From Eubacterium sp. (GTDB lineage Bacteria; Bacillota; Clostridia; Oscillospirales; Acutalibacteraceae), in assembly GCA_017446095.1 (NCBI GenBank), contig JAFSRN010000003.1, forward strand, positions 109,958-173,957: a stretch of DNA of 64,000 bases, written 5' to 3'. The notes below the pieces were generated by a model, which was not told where the DNA came from, ran no database searches, and worked only from the letters and a program-made list of their open reading frames with translations. Position numbers and translations under genes: made by a program. Shown here piece by piece: positions 20,764 through 30,588 of the stretch (its first letter is position 1; each line of letters begins with the position of its first letter).

Positions 20764-21858
20764 ATGATTAACGTTACTCAATCCTCAATACCTTCTTACG
20801 AAGAGTATTGTGAAGAAATTAAGTCAATATGGGATAGCAAGTGGCTCACGAATATGGGTACTAAGCACCATCAGCTTCAAAATGAACTTGAGGCTTATTT
20901 AGGTGTGCCGAATGTTTCTTTATTTACCAATGGCCATCTGGCTCTTGAAAACATTTTAGAGGCTTTTGATTTTCCAAAAGGGTCGGAGATTATTACTACG
21001 TCTTTCACCTTTGCTTCAACTACTCATGCCATTGCTCGTAAAGGCTATGTTCCTGTATTTTGTGATATTAAGTTTGATGACTACACAGTTGATGAAACAG
21101 AGATAGAAGCACTGATTACAGATAAAACTGCTGCGATCCTTCCTGTGCACGTTTACGGCAATGTTTGTAATGTTGATGCAATTCAAAAGATTGCAGATAA
21201 GCATAATCTTACTGTGATTTATGATGCTGCTCATGCATTTGGCGTTGAATATAGCGGTATTGGCATTGCGAACTTTGGTGATGCATCAATGTTTAGCTTC
21301 CACGCCACAAAGGTTTTCAACACAATTGAAGGAGGAGCGGTTTGCTATTCTGATAGCAAGTTCAACCAAATTCTGAAAGACATTAAGAATTTCGGAATTC
21401 ATGGACCTGAAGAAGTTTTATATGTTGGCGGTAACGCTAAAATGAACGAGTTTCAGGCTGCTATGGGTATTTGCAACCTTCGGCATATTGATGATGAAAT
21501 TAAAAAACGCAAAGCGGTTTACGAAAGATATTGCCTGAATCTCGGTGGAATTTCAGGAATCAAACTTAATTATGTTCAGGAAAACGTTAAGTCAAATTAT
21601 GCTTATTTTCCTGTTGTGTTTGATGGATATAAATACAGCAGAGATGAAGTGTTTTCTCTGTTGAATCAGAATGGTATTAATGCCAGAAAGTATTTTTACC
21701 CGCTTACAAATGAGCTTGAGTGCTATAATGACTTTGGTTTTAACGCTTCAGACACACCTGTTGCTAAACGTATTTCAGAAAGTATTTTGTGTTTGCCGAT
21801 GTACGCAGACTTAAGCATAGATGACGTAGATAGGATTTGTAAAATAATCACTTTATAA
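20764..21858 (+). CDS. vioA: DegT/VioA-type dTDP-4-keto-6-deoxyglucose aminotransferase
   Basis: WLTNMG, FTNGHLALE, YDAAHAFG, SFHATKVFNTIEGG, NAKMNEFQAAMG. Confidence 0.8.
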   Translation: MINVTQSSIPSYEEYCEEIKSIWDSKWLTNMGTKHHQLQNELEAYLGVPNVSLFTNGHLALENILEAFDFPKGSEIITTSFTFASTTHAIARKGYVPVFCDIKFDDYTVDETEIEALITDKTAAILPVHVYGNVCNVDAIQKIADKHNLTVIYDAAHAFGVEYSGIGIANFGDASMFSFHATKVFNTIEGGAVCYSDSKFNQILKDIKNFGIHGPEEVLYVGGNAKMNEFQAAMGICNLRHIDDEIKKRKAVYERYCLNLGGISGIKLNYVQENVKSNYAYFPVVFDGYKYSRDEVFSLLNQNGINARKYFYPLTNELECYNDFGFNASDTPVAKRISESILCLPMYADLSIDDVDRICKIITL

Positions 21859-21867
21859 GGTGTTGAC

Positions 21868-23007
21868 ATGAATAATGAGTGTGATAAAATCTATCAGACA
21901 GACAGTCAGTCAGATAGTCGTAGAAGTACAAATTTAGAACTTTTCCGAATTATTTCTATGATGTTCATAGTTGCTCATCACTATGTTGTTAATTCCGGTA
22001 TGATGGATAATATGAGCGAAAATCCTTTTGCGCCTAATTCTTTATTTTTCTATCTGTTTGGTGCGTGGGGAAAAGTAGGAATTAATTGCTTTATTATGAT
22101 AACCGGCTATTTTATGTGTAAGTCGCATATTACATTAAGAAAGTTTGTTAAATTGCTTTTACAAATTGAGTTCTATCGAGCAATAATATATTTGATATTT
22201 GTTTTCCTCGGTTATGAAATTAGGTCAAAAAGACAGTTCTTATTAGCGCTCATTCCCATTAAAACGATTGGCGATGGCTTTACTTCTGCATTTTTAGTTT
22301 TCTTTCTATTCATCCCTTTTTTGAATGTGTTATTGAAGAATATAAGTGAAAAAATGCATATACGTCTAATAATTCTGTGTTTATTTTTATACACGTTTTT
22401 AGGCACTCTGCCTTTGCCATATTTTAAAGTAACTATGAATTATGTTTCATGGTTTGTTGTAATATATTTTATCTCTTCGTATGTTCGTTTACACCCCAGG
22501 AAATTGTTTGACTCATCATTGTTTTGGGGAATTGCTTCGGCAATATGCGTTATTATTTCTTCGTTGAGTATTATTTGGTGCTTGAAGCGCAGTTGGTCAG
22601 CTTACTATTTTATAGCAGATTCAAATAAGATTCTTGCTGTAATAACTTCTTTTTGTTTGTTTATGTTTTTCAAAAATGTTAGAATACCATATATTAGAAC
22701 TATCAACTTAATTGCGAGTGCCTCGTTTGGCGTATTGCTTATTCATGCAAACAGCGATGCAATGAGAATGTGGCTATGGAAAGATACTTTACATAATGCT
22801 GAAGTGTTTAGTGCTAATACTTGTTATTTACATTTTATCTGTTCCGTTTTAGGAGTTTACTCAATTTGTACAATTATTGATTTAATAAGGATCTATTTAT
22901 TAGAAAAGCCTTTCTTTAAATATTATGATAGGTATTCAACAAAACTGATTTCTATGTTTTCATCGTTTGAAGATAATTTACTAAATAAATTAAATATTGA
23001 ATCGTAA
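21868..23007 (+). CDS. Acyltransferase family 3 (membrane O-acyltransferase)
   Basis: RSTNLELFRIISMMFIVAHH, VNCFIMITGYF, WFV..Y, SFGVLLIH; about 10 TM segments. Confidence 0.85.
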   Translation: MNNECDKIYQTDSQSDSRRSTNLELFRIISMMFIVAHHYVVNSGMMDNMSENPFAPNSLFFYLFGAWGKVGINCFIMITGYFMCKSHITLRKFVKLLLQIEFYRAIIYLIFVFLGYEIRSKRQFLLALIPIKTIGDGFTSAFLVFFLFIPFLNVLLKNISEKMHIRLIILCLFLYTFLGTLPLPYFKVTMNYVSWFVVIYFISSYVRLHPRKLFDSSLFWGIASAICVIISSLSIIWCLKRSWSAYYFIADSNKILAVITSFCLFMFFKNVRIPYIRTINLIASASFGVLLIHANSDAMRMWLWKDTLHNAEVFSANTCYLHFICSVLGVYSICTIIDLIRIYLLEKPFFKYYDRYSTKLISMFSSFEDNLLNKLNIES

Positions 23008-23042
23008 CTTTTTACAAATAGTAAAGCAATTGGAGAAGAATA

Positions 23043-23924
23043 ATGAAAGGTATTATTTTAGCCGGCGGAAGCGGTACTCGGCTTTATCCGCTTACAATGG
23101 TTGCATCTAAACAGCTGCTTCCGATTTATGACAAGCCGATGATTTATTATCCGCTCAGCACCCTTATGCTTGCGGGGATTAAAGACATTTTAATAATTTC
23201 CACGCCAAAAGACTTTCCGAATTTTGAGAATCTTTTGGGTGATGGCAGTCGCTATGGCATCAATCTGTCATACAAGGTTCAGCCATCTCCTGACGGACTC
23301 GCACAGGCGTTCATTCTCGGTGAGGATTTTATCGGCGATGACTGCTGTGCTATGATTCTCGGCGACAACATCTTCTACGGTGCCGGTCTTGGCGGTATGC
23401 TCGCAAGCGCTGTAAGGAATTCTGAAGAGAATCATCGAGCTACCGTGTTTGCTTACCATGTTGACGATCCCGAACGCTTTGGAATTGTTGAGTTTGACAA
23501 ATCCGGTAAGGTTCTGTCGGTTGAAGAAAAGCCCAAAAAGCCCAAATCAAAGTGGGCGATTACCGGTTTGTATTTCTATGATAACCGTTGTGTTGAATAT
23601 GCTAAGAATCAAACGCCTTCAGCACGCGGCGAGCTTGAGATTACTGATTTGAATAGAGTTTATCTTGATAATGGTGAGCTTGACGTTAAGCTTCTTAGCC
23701 GCGGCTTTGCATGGCTTGATACCGGCACAATGGACAGCCTTATTGATGCTGCAGATTTTGTTCGCACAATCCAGACACAGCAGGGCATACGTATTTCTGC
23801 GCCTGAAGAAATTGCCTTTCGCAAGGGCATGATTGACAAGCAGGAACTTATTAAATCTGCTAAAAAATACGGTAAATCTGATTACGGAAAATATCTGAAA
23901 TCTGTTGCAAACGGAGAGTTTTAA
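23043..23924 (+). CDS. rfbA: Glucose-1-phosphate thymidylyltransferase
   Basis: [46 protein letters not shown]. Confidence 0.97.
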   Translation: MKGIILAGGSGTRLYPLTMVASKQLLPIYDKPMIYYPLSTLMLAGIKDILIISTPKDFPNFENLLGDGSRYGINLSYKVQPSPDGLAQAFILGEDFIGDDCCAMILGDNIFYGAGLGGMLASAVRNSEENHRATVFAYHVDDPERFGIVEFDKSGKVLSVEEKPKKPKSKWAITGLYFYDNRCVEYAKNQTPSARGELEITDLNRVYLDNGELDVKLLSRGFAWLDTGTMDSLIDAADFVRTIQTQQGIRISAPEEIAFRKGMIDKQELIKSAKKYGKSDYGKYLKSVANGEF

Positions 23925-24944
23925 ATGACGATTATTGTAACCGGCGGCGCCGGATTCATTGGATCAAACTTCATATTTTATATGCTGGACAAGCATCCTG
24001 ATTATCGCATTGTTTGCCTTGATAAGCTTACATACGCAGGTAATTTGTCGACTCTTGCACCGATTATGGATAACGACAACTTCCGTTTTGTTAAGGCTGA
24101 CATATGCGACAGAGAAGCAGTTTACAGCCTGTTTGAAGAAGAAAAGCCTGATATTGTAGTTAACTTTGCTGCCGAGTCGCATGTTGACCGCAGCATTGAT
24201 AACCCCGGCATTTTCCTTGAAACAAACATTATGGGTACTGCAGTGCTTATGGATGCGTGCCGAAAGTTCGGAATAACTCGTTATCATCAGGTTTCTACTG
24301 ATGAGGTTTACGGCGATTTACCTCTCGACAGACCAGATTTGTTCTTTACGGAAAAAACGCCGATTCACACAAGCTCGCCGTACAGCAGTTCTAAAGCGGC
24401 TGCGGATTTGCTTGTAATGGCATATAATCGTACATACGGTTTGCCTGTTACAATCAGCAGGTGTTCAAACAACTATGGTCCGTATCATTTCCCGGAAAAA
24501 CTGATTCCTCTGATGATTGCGAACGCTCTTAATGATAAGCCGCTGCCTGTTTACGGTGAAGGACTTAACGTGCGCGATTGGCTTTATGTTGAGGATCATT
24601 GCAAAGCGATTGATTTGATAATTCATAACGGCAGAGTAGGGGAAGTTTACAATATCGGCGGACATAATGAGATGAGAAATATTGATATTGTTAAGCTGAT
24701 TTGCAAGGAACTCGGCAAACCAGAGAGCCTGATTACGTTTGTTGAGGATAGGAAAGGACACGATATGCGTTACGCTATCGACCCCACAAAGATTCACAAT
24801 GAACTTGGCTGGCTGCCAGAAACAAAGTTCGCAGACGGTATAAAGAAGACGATTAACTGGTATCTTGATAACCGTGATTGGTGGGAAATAATCATTTCCG
24901 GCGAATATCAGGATTATTACGAAAAAATGTACGGTAACAGATAG
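23925..24944 (+). CDS. rfbB: dTDP-glucose 4,6-dehydratase
   Basis: TGGAGFIGSNF, FAAESHVDRS, STDEVYG, YSSSKA, NNYGPYHFPEKLIP. Confidence 0.97.
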   Translation: MTIIVTGGAGFIGSNFIFYMLDKHPDYRIVCLDKLTYAGNLSTLAPIMDNDNFRFVKADICDREAVYSLFEEEKPDIVVNFAAESHVDRSIDNPGIFLETNIMGTAVLMDACRKFGITRYHQVSTDEVYGDLPLDRPDLFFTEKTPIHTSSPYSSSKAAADLLVMAYNRTYGLPVTISRCSNNYGPYHFPEKLIPLMIANALNDKPLPVYGEGLNVRDWLYVEDHCKAIDLIIHNGRVGEVYNIGGHNEMRNIDIVKLICKELGKPESLITFVEDRKGHDMRYAIDPTKIHNELGWLPETKFADGIKKTINWYLDNRDWWEIIISGEYQDYYEKMYGNR

Positions 24945-24958
24945 TTTTTGAGGATGCA

Positions 24959-26098
24959 ATGAACACAATTCATTTTAATGTTCCGCCATATATTGGAACT
25001 GAAGAAAAGTACATACACGAAGCAATTAGCAATAGGAAGATTTGCGGTGACGGCTATTTTACTAAAAAGTGCAGCGAAAAGCTTGAAGAGATAACCGGTT
25101 CGCCTAAAGTTCTGATGACTACTTCCGGCACTTCTGCGCTTGAAATGGCTGCTATTCTTGCAGATATTAAAGCAGGCGATGAAGTGATAATGCCTTCATA
25201 TACTTTTGTATCTACTGCAAATGCGTTTGTGTTAAGAGGTGCAAAAATCGTATTTGTGGATATCAGACCTGATACAATGAATATTGATGAAAAGCTGATT
25301 GAGGGCGCGATTACCGAGAGGACAAAAGCGATAGTTCCTGTTCATTACGGCGGCGTTGCTTGCGAAATGGACACCATTTGCAACATTGCAAAAAGACACA
25401 ATCTGTTTGTTATTGAGGATGCGGCGCAGGGCGTTATGGCAACATATAAAGGTCGCGCACTTGGCTCGATTGGTGATTTTGGTTGCTATAGTTTTCACGA
25501 GACTAAAAACTATAGCATGGGTGAAGGCGGCGCGATACTTATAAATAACTCAAATTATATCGAGCGAGCAGAGATTATCCGCGAAAAGGGCACAAATAGA
25601 ACGAAGTTTTACAGAGGCGAAATTGATAAATACACATGGGTTGACATCGGTTCATCGTATTTACAAAGTGAACTCAATTGCGCATATCTTTATGCACAAA
25701 TCGAAGATCCCAGTGTTATAAATGACAATCGTCTTAAATCATGGGAACTGTATTACGAGTTGCTAAAACCACTTGCAGACAAAGGCATCATTGAATTGCC
25801 TGTTATTCCTGAAGGTTGTTGCCACAATGCACATATGTTTTACATAAAAGTAAAAGATATTGATGAACGATCAAAGCTTATTGCATATCTGAAGGATAAC
25901 GGTATTGGTTCTGTTTTTCATTATATCCCGCTTCATACTTCTTTAGCCGGCGAGGTATTTGGTTATTTTTATGGCGATGATTCATTTACTTCTAATGATA
26001 GTGAACGAATACTTAGATTACCAATGTTTTATGGATTAGATAATGATTCTGTTATGTTTGTTGTAAGATCAATATTTGATTTTTATGAGAATGAATAG
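24959..26098 (+). CDS. wecE: dTDP-4-amino-4,6-dideoxygalactose transaminase
   Basis: ICGDGYFTKKC, EDAAQG, SFHETKNYSMGEGG, REKGTNR, VFHYIPLH. Confidence 0.92.
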   Translation: MNTIHFNVPPYIGTEEKYIHEAISNRKICGDGYFTKKCSEKLEEITGSPKVLMTTSGTSALEMAAILADIKAGDEVIMPSYTFVSTANAFVLRGAKIVFVDIRPDTMNIDEKLIEGAITERTKAIVPVHYGGVACEMDTICNIAKRHNLFVIEDAAQGVMATYKGRALGSIGDFGCYSFHETKNYSMGEGGAILINNSNYIERAEIIREKGTNRTKFYRGEIDKYTWVDIGSSYLQSELNCAYLYAQIEDPSVINDNRLKSWELYYELLKPLADKGIIELPVIPEGCCHNAHMFYIKVKDIDERSKLIAYLKDNGIGSVFHYIPLHTSLAGEVFGYFYGDDSFTSNDSERILRLPMFYGLDNDSVMFVVRSIFDFYENE

Positions 26099-26128
26099 CA
26101 TTCTGTTTTTGTATTATACTGGAGCAAT

Positions 26129-27238
26129 ATGAACAGACTTATAATAATAGGTGCAAATGATTTTCAAAACCAGTTGATTTTGAAAGCAAAGTCTCTTGGA
26201 TATGAAACCCACGTTTTTGCATGGGAAGATGGTGCTGTCGGTAAGAATAATGCTGATTACTTTTATCCGATTAGCATTGTAGAAAAAGACAAAATATTAG
26301 AGTTGTGCAGAGAAATAGCACCTTGCGGTGTTTGTTCTATTGCTTCTGACTTGGCAACGATTACTGTTAATTATGTTGCTGAAAATTTAGGTCTACCATG
26401 TAATAAAACCAAGTTTTCAGCAATACAAACTAACAAGTATATGATGCGAAATGCACTTAACAACGCCGGTATTACTTGTCCCAAATATATAACTACCGGT
26501 GTTAAATTTGATGAAGCACTCCTCAAAGATTTTAATTTTCCGATAATAGTAAAGCCGACGGATAGATCAGGTAGTAGATGTATTATGAAACTTGATTCTG
26601 TTGTTGGATTAGAAAAAGCGATTAAGGACGCATGTGATTCATCTTTTGAAAGTAAGGCAATTATTGAAGAGTATATTGATGGCGACGAGTTTAGCATGGA
26701 AACTATAACTCAAAATGGGGTTCATCATTATCTCGCTACAACAAAAAAGTTTACTACAGGTGCGCCGCATTTTATTGAAACCGGACACAAGCAGCCGTCG
26801 GGGTTAGATGATAAAACTATTTCTAAAGCGAAAAGTATGATTTTCGACGCATTAACCGCGTTACATGTAGAGAATAGCGCGGGGCACAGCGAGTTTAAAG
26901 TAGGTAAAGACGGCAGCATTAACATTATTGAAATAGGTGCCAGAATGGGTGGAGATTGTATTGGTTCGGATTTAGTGCATCTCTCTACAGGAAATGATTT
27001 TGTTAAGATGGTTATTGATGTAGCTGTCGGAAATAAAATAATTTTAAATCCTAGTAATGATGATTATGCTGAAATTAAGTTTTTGTTTAACAGAGAAGAT
27101 ATTGATATAATGAATACCTTATTAAAAGATCCTTCTCATGACATTGTAAGGATTAGTGATATGGATTATTCTCATATTGGTAAAACGACAGATAGTTCGA
27201 CAAGATTAGGATATTATATATGGAAAAAGAGAAAATAG
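26129..27238 (+). CDS. ATP-grasp domain ligase (second CPS-like paralog)
   Basis: LIIIGANDFQ, NKYMMR, VKPTDRSGSR, EEYIDG.EFS.E, IEIGARMGG. Confidence 0.85.
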   Translation: MNRLIIIGANDFQNQLILKAKSLGYETHVFAWEDGAVGKNNADYFYPISIVEKDKILELCREIAPCGVCSIASDLATITVNYVAENLGLPCNKTKFSAIQTNKYMMRNALNNAGITCPKYITTGVKFDEALLKDFNFPIIVKPTDRSGSRCIMKLDSVVGLEKAIKDACDSSFESKAIIEEYIDGDEFSMETITQNGVHHYLATTKKFTTGAPHFIETGHKQPSGLDDKTISKAKSMIFDALTALHVENSAGHSEFKVGKDGSINIIEIGARMGGDCIGSDLVHLSTGNDFVKMVIDVAVGNKIILNPSNDDYAEIKFLFNREDIDIMNTLLKDPSHDIVRISDMDYSHIGKTTDSSTRLGYYIWKKRK

Positions 27239-28206
27239 TTGTTTTTGGTGCTGGTGGAAATATCGGCGTTTATTTTATTGATCATTTAATGCAAAATCTT
27301 AATGATGAATTTGAAATAGTCGCGGTTGGAACAAGAAGCCAATACCCATATGAGTTTTATAACGGAAATTACTACCAAGTTAATATTGTTAATAAAGAAG
27401 ACTTTAATATTCTTCCCAATAATGTTTATGCTGTAGTTGATTTTGCCGGAGTGTTACCGGCTTATCTAAAGGAAAATAATCCTCAAAAATATATAGATGT
27501 TAATATTACCGGAACTTTAAATATTTTGGAGTATTGTGTTAAGTCTAATGCTAAAAGAATTGTTTATACTCAGACTTGGGCTGATTTGAACGGCTATCTA
27601 TCTGAGGGAAAAACTTTAAAACCATATTTGTTAAGAAAGCCCATATTTTCCGGTGATCATGCAATCTACACAGTTAGCAAATCTGCAGCAGTTGATTTGA
27701 TAGAGTGTTATCATCAAAAATATGGCATTAATAATTATATTTTTAGATTGCCGAATATTTATATGTACTCTCCGGAACGGTATTATTATGTTGATGGTGT
27801 AAAAAAGCCGATATCATACAGATATATGATTGACAGAGCGATTAAATCTCAGGACATTGAGCTTTGGGGAAATCCTAAATGTGGAAAAGATATTATATAT
27901 GTTAAAGATTTGTGCCAAATGGTTTATAAGTCTCTGTTTACGGAATGTAAATCCGGTGTGTATAATGCAGGAACAGGTGTAAAGACTTCTATGCTTGAAC
28001 AGATTAACGGTATTATTGAGGTGTTTTCACCTAAAGATAATCGTTCTAATATTATTTTTTGTCCAGAAAAGCGTGATTGTGATGACTTTGTTATGGATAT
28101 CAGCAATATTATTGAAGATTTGGGATATAAGCCAGTGTATAACTATATAGAATATTTGAAAGATTATAAAAAAATGATGAATAGTCATTTGTTTGACAAA
28201 AGATAA
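27220..28206 (+). CDS. NAD-dependent epimerase/dehydratase (extended SDR)
   Basis: FGAGGNIG, YTVSK, FRLPNIY. Confidence 0.85.
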   Translation: MEKEKIVVFGAGGNIGVYFIDHLMQNLNDEFEIVAVGTRSQYPYEFYNGNYYQVNIVNKEDFNILPNNVYAVVDFAGVLPAYLKENNPQKYIDVNITGTLNILEYCVKSNAKRIVYTQTWADLNGYLSEGKTLKPYLLRKPIFSGDHAIYTVSKSAAVDLIECYHQKYGINNYIFRLPNIYMYSPERYYYVDGVKKPISYRYMIDRAIKSQDIELWGNPKCGKDIIYVKDLCQMVYKSLFTECKSGVYNAGTGVKTSMLEQINGIIEVFSPKDNRSNIIFCPEKRDCDDFVMDISNIIEDLGYKPVYNYIEYLKDYKKMMNSHLFDKR

Positions 28207-28234
28207 ATTTGTTATTTTGATTGAAGGAGATTTA

Positions 28235-29167
28235 GTGGAAAAGATAAGTTTCATTATTCCATGTTACGGAAGCGAAAAGACCATAATTCCTGTTATTGAA
28301 GAAATTATTGATACTGTAAATAAATTGAAATATGAGTATGAGATTATCGCTGTGAATGACTGTTCTCCGGATGGTGTTTGGAACATACTTCTTAATATTG
28401 CAAAAGAGAATAGCTGTGTTAAGCCAGTATCTCTTGCAAAGAATATGAACAGGCCCGGAGCAGTTATGGCAGGTATCTGTTTGGCGAGTGGCGATATATT
28501 AGTAATCATGGATGATGACGGTCAGTGTCCGATGGACAAACTTGATGAACTAATTTCCCCATTATTTAATGGTTATGACGTATCTATCGCTGGATATCCT
28601 GAACGAAAACAATCTGCTTTTAAAGATTTCGGTACTTTTGTCAATAAAAAAATGACTGAGTGGGTCATAGACAGACCGAAGAATTTGCAGTTTACTAATT
28701 TTATGGCTATTAAAAAATTTATAGCTTCGGAATTGGTAAAATATGATAATCCATATCCATATTTATCAGGTCTAATACTAAGGACAACTTCAAACATAAT
28801 TAATGTTCCTATGGAGGAACGAAACCGTATTGCGGGCACCACTACTTTCACATTCAGAAAAATGCTTAGTTTATGGATTAACGGTTTTACAGCTTTTTCT
28901 GTTAAACCGTTAAGATTATCATCATTTATTGGTGTAATAGCTGCTCTTATAGGTTTTGTATTTGGCATAGTTACCATTATTAGAAAACTTGTTGTTCCGG
29001 ATATTAGTGTAGGGTGGAGCTCAATCATTTCGGTAATGCTGTTTATCGGCGGACTAATTATGCTTATGCTTGGAATGATTGGTGAGTATCTTGGAAGAAT
29101 ATACATTAGCATTAATAATTCACCACAGTATGTGATTAAGGAAAAGATTAACTTTGATGATAGATAA
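28235..29167 (+). CDS. ArnC/GtrB-like polyprenyl-phosphate glycosyltransferase (GT2 + 2 C-terminal TM)
   Basis: ISFIIPCY, NDCSPD, MDDDGQCP, two C-terminal TM helices ending GMIGEYLGRIY; GTG start after GAAGGAG. Confidence 0.88.
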   Translation: MEKISFIIPCYGSEKTIIPVIEEIIDTVNKLKYEYEIIAVNDCSPDGVWNILLNIAKENSCVKPVSLAKNMNRPGAVMAGICLASGDILVIMDDDGQCPMDKLDELISPLFNGYDVSIAGYPERKQSAFKDFGTFVNKKMTEWVIDRPKNLQFTNFMAIKKFIASELVKYDNPYPYLSGLILRTTSNIINVPMEERNRIAGTTTFTFRKMLSLWINGFTAFSVKPLRLSSFIGVIAALIGFVFGIVTIIRKLVVPDISVGWSSIISVMLFIGGLIMLMLGMIGEYLGRIYISINNSPQYVIKEKINFDDR

Positions 29168-29510
29168 AATAAAAGATTATAGTTATTATTTTTATTTACA
29201 TATTCTTTTAATGGTATATTCTTTAGGCGGAATACTGTCAAAATTCGCTTCAAAAGAGAGTTTATTCTCTTTTAAGTTTTGTTTGTTTTATTCCGGAATT
29301 ATACTAATTCTTGGCATTTATGCTATTGTATGGCAACAAATACTCAAGCATATTCAGCTAACTACCGCATTTTGCAATAAAGCGGTAACTATTGTATGGG
29401 GCATTATTTGGGGCGCTTTGATTTTCAAAGAGCAAATAAAAATAAATATGATTATAGGTGCAGTCATTGTCATTGTTGGCGTGATTATAGTGGTGAAGGC
29501 CGATGAATAG
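29157..29510 (+). CDS. Small 4-TM EamA/SMR-like protein (ArnE/F-like flippase subunit)
   Basis: ~117 aa hydrophobic, WQQILK..LTTAF.NK. Confidence 0.75.
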   Translation: MIDKIKDYSYYFYLHILLMVYSLGGILSKFASKESLFSFKFCLFYSGIILILGIYAIVWQQILKHIQLTTAFCNKAVTIVWGIIWGALIFKEQIKINMIIGAVIVIVGVIIVVKADE

Positions 29511-29847
29511 ACGAATGATATTTGCGCTAATATACATAATTGGCGTGTTTGTTTCCGCTATTGCGCAAGTACTGCTCAAAAAGAGTGCGGGAAAGAAATA
29601 TGAGAGCCGTATAAGAGAGTATCTTAATCCTTATGTAATTATTTCATATGCAATTTTCTTCGGCGCGACATTTTGCACAATATATGCTTATAAAGAAGTA
29701 CCACTTTCCCTCGGTCCAATTCTTGCTGCTTCAGAATATATATTTGTCGCTGTTTTAAGCAAACTTGTTTTAAAAGAACATATAAGTATTAAGAAATTTA
29801 TCGGTCTTTCTGTGATTGTAGCAGGAATTATAGTTTATTCGTTATAG
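29503..29847 (+). CDS. Small 4-TM EamA/SMR-like protein (ArnE/F-like flippase subunit)
   Basis: 114 aa, AQVLLKKSA, LKEHISIKK..G. Confidence 0.75.
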   Translation: MNRRMIFALIYIIGVFVSAIAQVLLKKSAGKKYESRIREYLNPYVIISYAIFFGATFCTIYAYKEVPLSLGPILAASEYIFVAVLSKLVLKEHISIKKFIGLSVIVAGIIVYSL

Positions 29848-29849
29848 GT

Positions 29850-30500
29850 ATGGGCTTTTTAAAGAGTATTTTTGATAATGAGAGCGAAAATATAACTAAG
29901 AATATTCTTTATGAATATGAAGAAAGCATTGCCAGGATTGTGCTTTTGTGTATCGAGGCGTTACCGTTTTGTGTTGGTGTGAGTAAGGTTGCGCAGATAC
30001 TTATGGGGCGGCAGACGATCTTTCTTACCGAGCATGGGTTTGTTGAGAATCCTATGTTTGGCAAGCTTCAGCAGTTTTCTAAAATGGAACTGACTTACAT
30101 CATCAAAATGCTTGCTGTTCGGCGGTATATCGTTGTGCATGAAGAGCAGAAGGTGTTTGACGTGGTCAGCGTCAGTCCGAAGGGCACTTCGTTCCTTGAA
30201 GGGCGGCGTAAGCTGGATTTCCATTTTCTTGATACTATTTGCGAAACTCACGTTGTTCCTGCCGATGAGGATGATATCAGGTTAGCACACGCTTTGAAGG
30301 ATTGCCGTATTGAGCTTGCAATGAATGATACAGGCAAGGCTTATGACATTTGTGATGATGTTACGCTGCTGAAAATAGCGAATTTACGTCCTGCTACAAT
30401 TGAAGAACTTGCTGCCATTGATGGCATTGATTCCGATTTTGTCAATAACTACGGCATCGAATTTATTAAAGTTATAAATGATAAAGGCACGGTTGGATAA
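29850..30500 (+). CDS. Stand-alone RQC (winged helix) + HRDC domain protein (RecQ C-terminal domains, no helicase core)
   Basis: GVSKVAQILMG...FGKL...I..L....YI...V.PKG resembles RQC; ALKDCR.ELA....AYDI.DD.TL..IA..RP.T.EEL..I.GI....V..YG..FI resembles HRDC. Confidence 0.75.
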   Translation: MGFLKSIFDNESENITKNILYEYEESIARIVLLCIEALPFCVGVSKVAQILMGRQTIFLTEHGFVENPMFGKLQQFSKMELTYIIKMLAVRRYIVVHEEQKVFDVVSVSPKGTSFLEGRRKLDFHFLDTICETHVVPADEDDIRLAHALKDCRIELAMNDTGKAYDICDDVTLLKIANLRPATIEELAAIDGIDSDFVNNYGIEFIKVINDKGTVG

Positions 30501-30513
30501 ACCGTGTTTTTTG
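30481..30513 (+). repeat. Hairpin repeat copy 1 (ataaaggcacggttggataaaccgtgttttttg); probable terminator
   Basis: cacgg/ccgtg stem followed by T-run; near-identical copy at 32311. Confidence 0.75.
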
Positions 30514-30527
30514 ATGTTCTAATATCC

Positions 30528-30556
30528 TTGACATAAAATTTCAAATAATATATTAT
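30528..30556 (+). promoter_or_regulatory. Sigma-70-type promoter for the membrane protein gene
   Basis: TTGACA-17 bp-TATTAT. Confidence 0.65.
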
Positions 30557-30588
30557 ATTTACTAGATTAATTAAAAGGATTCAATAAT

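Noticed and set aside
28573-29253. 226-aa minus-strand ORF
   Set aside because: Antisense to the ArnC-like gene; hydrophobic pattern mirrors the sense strand
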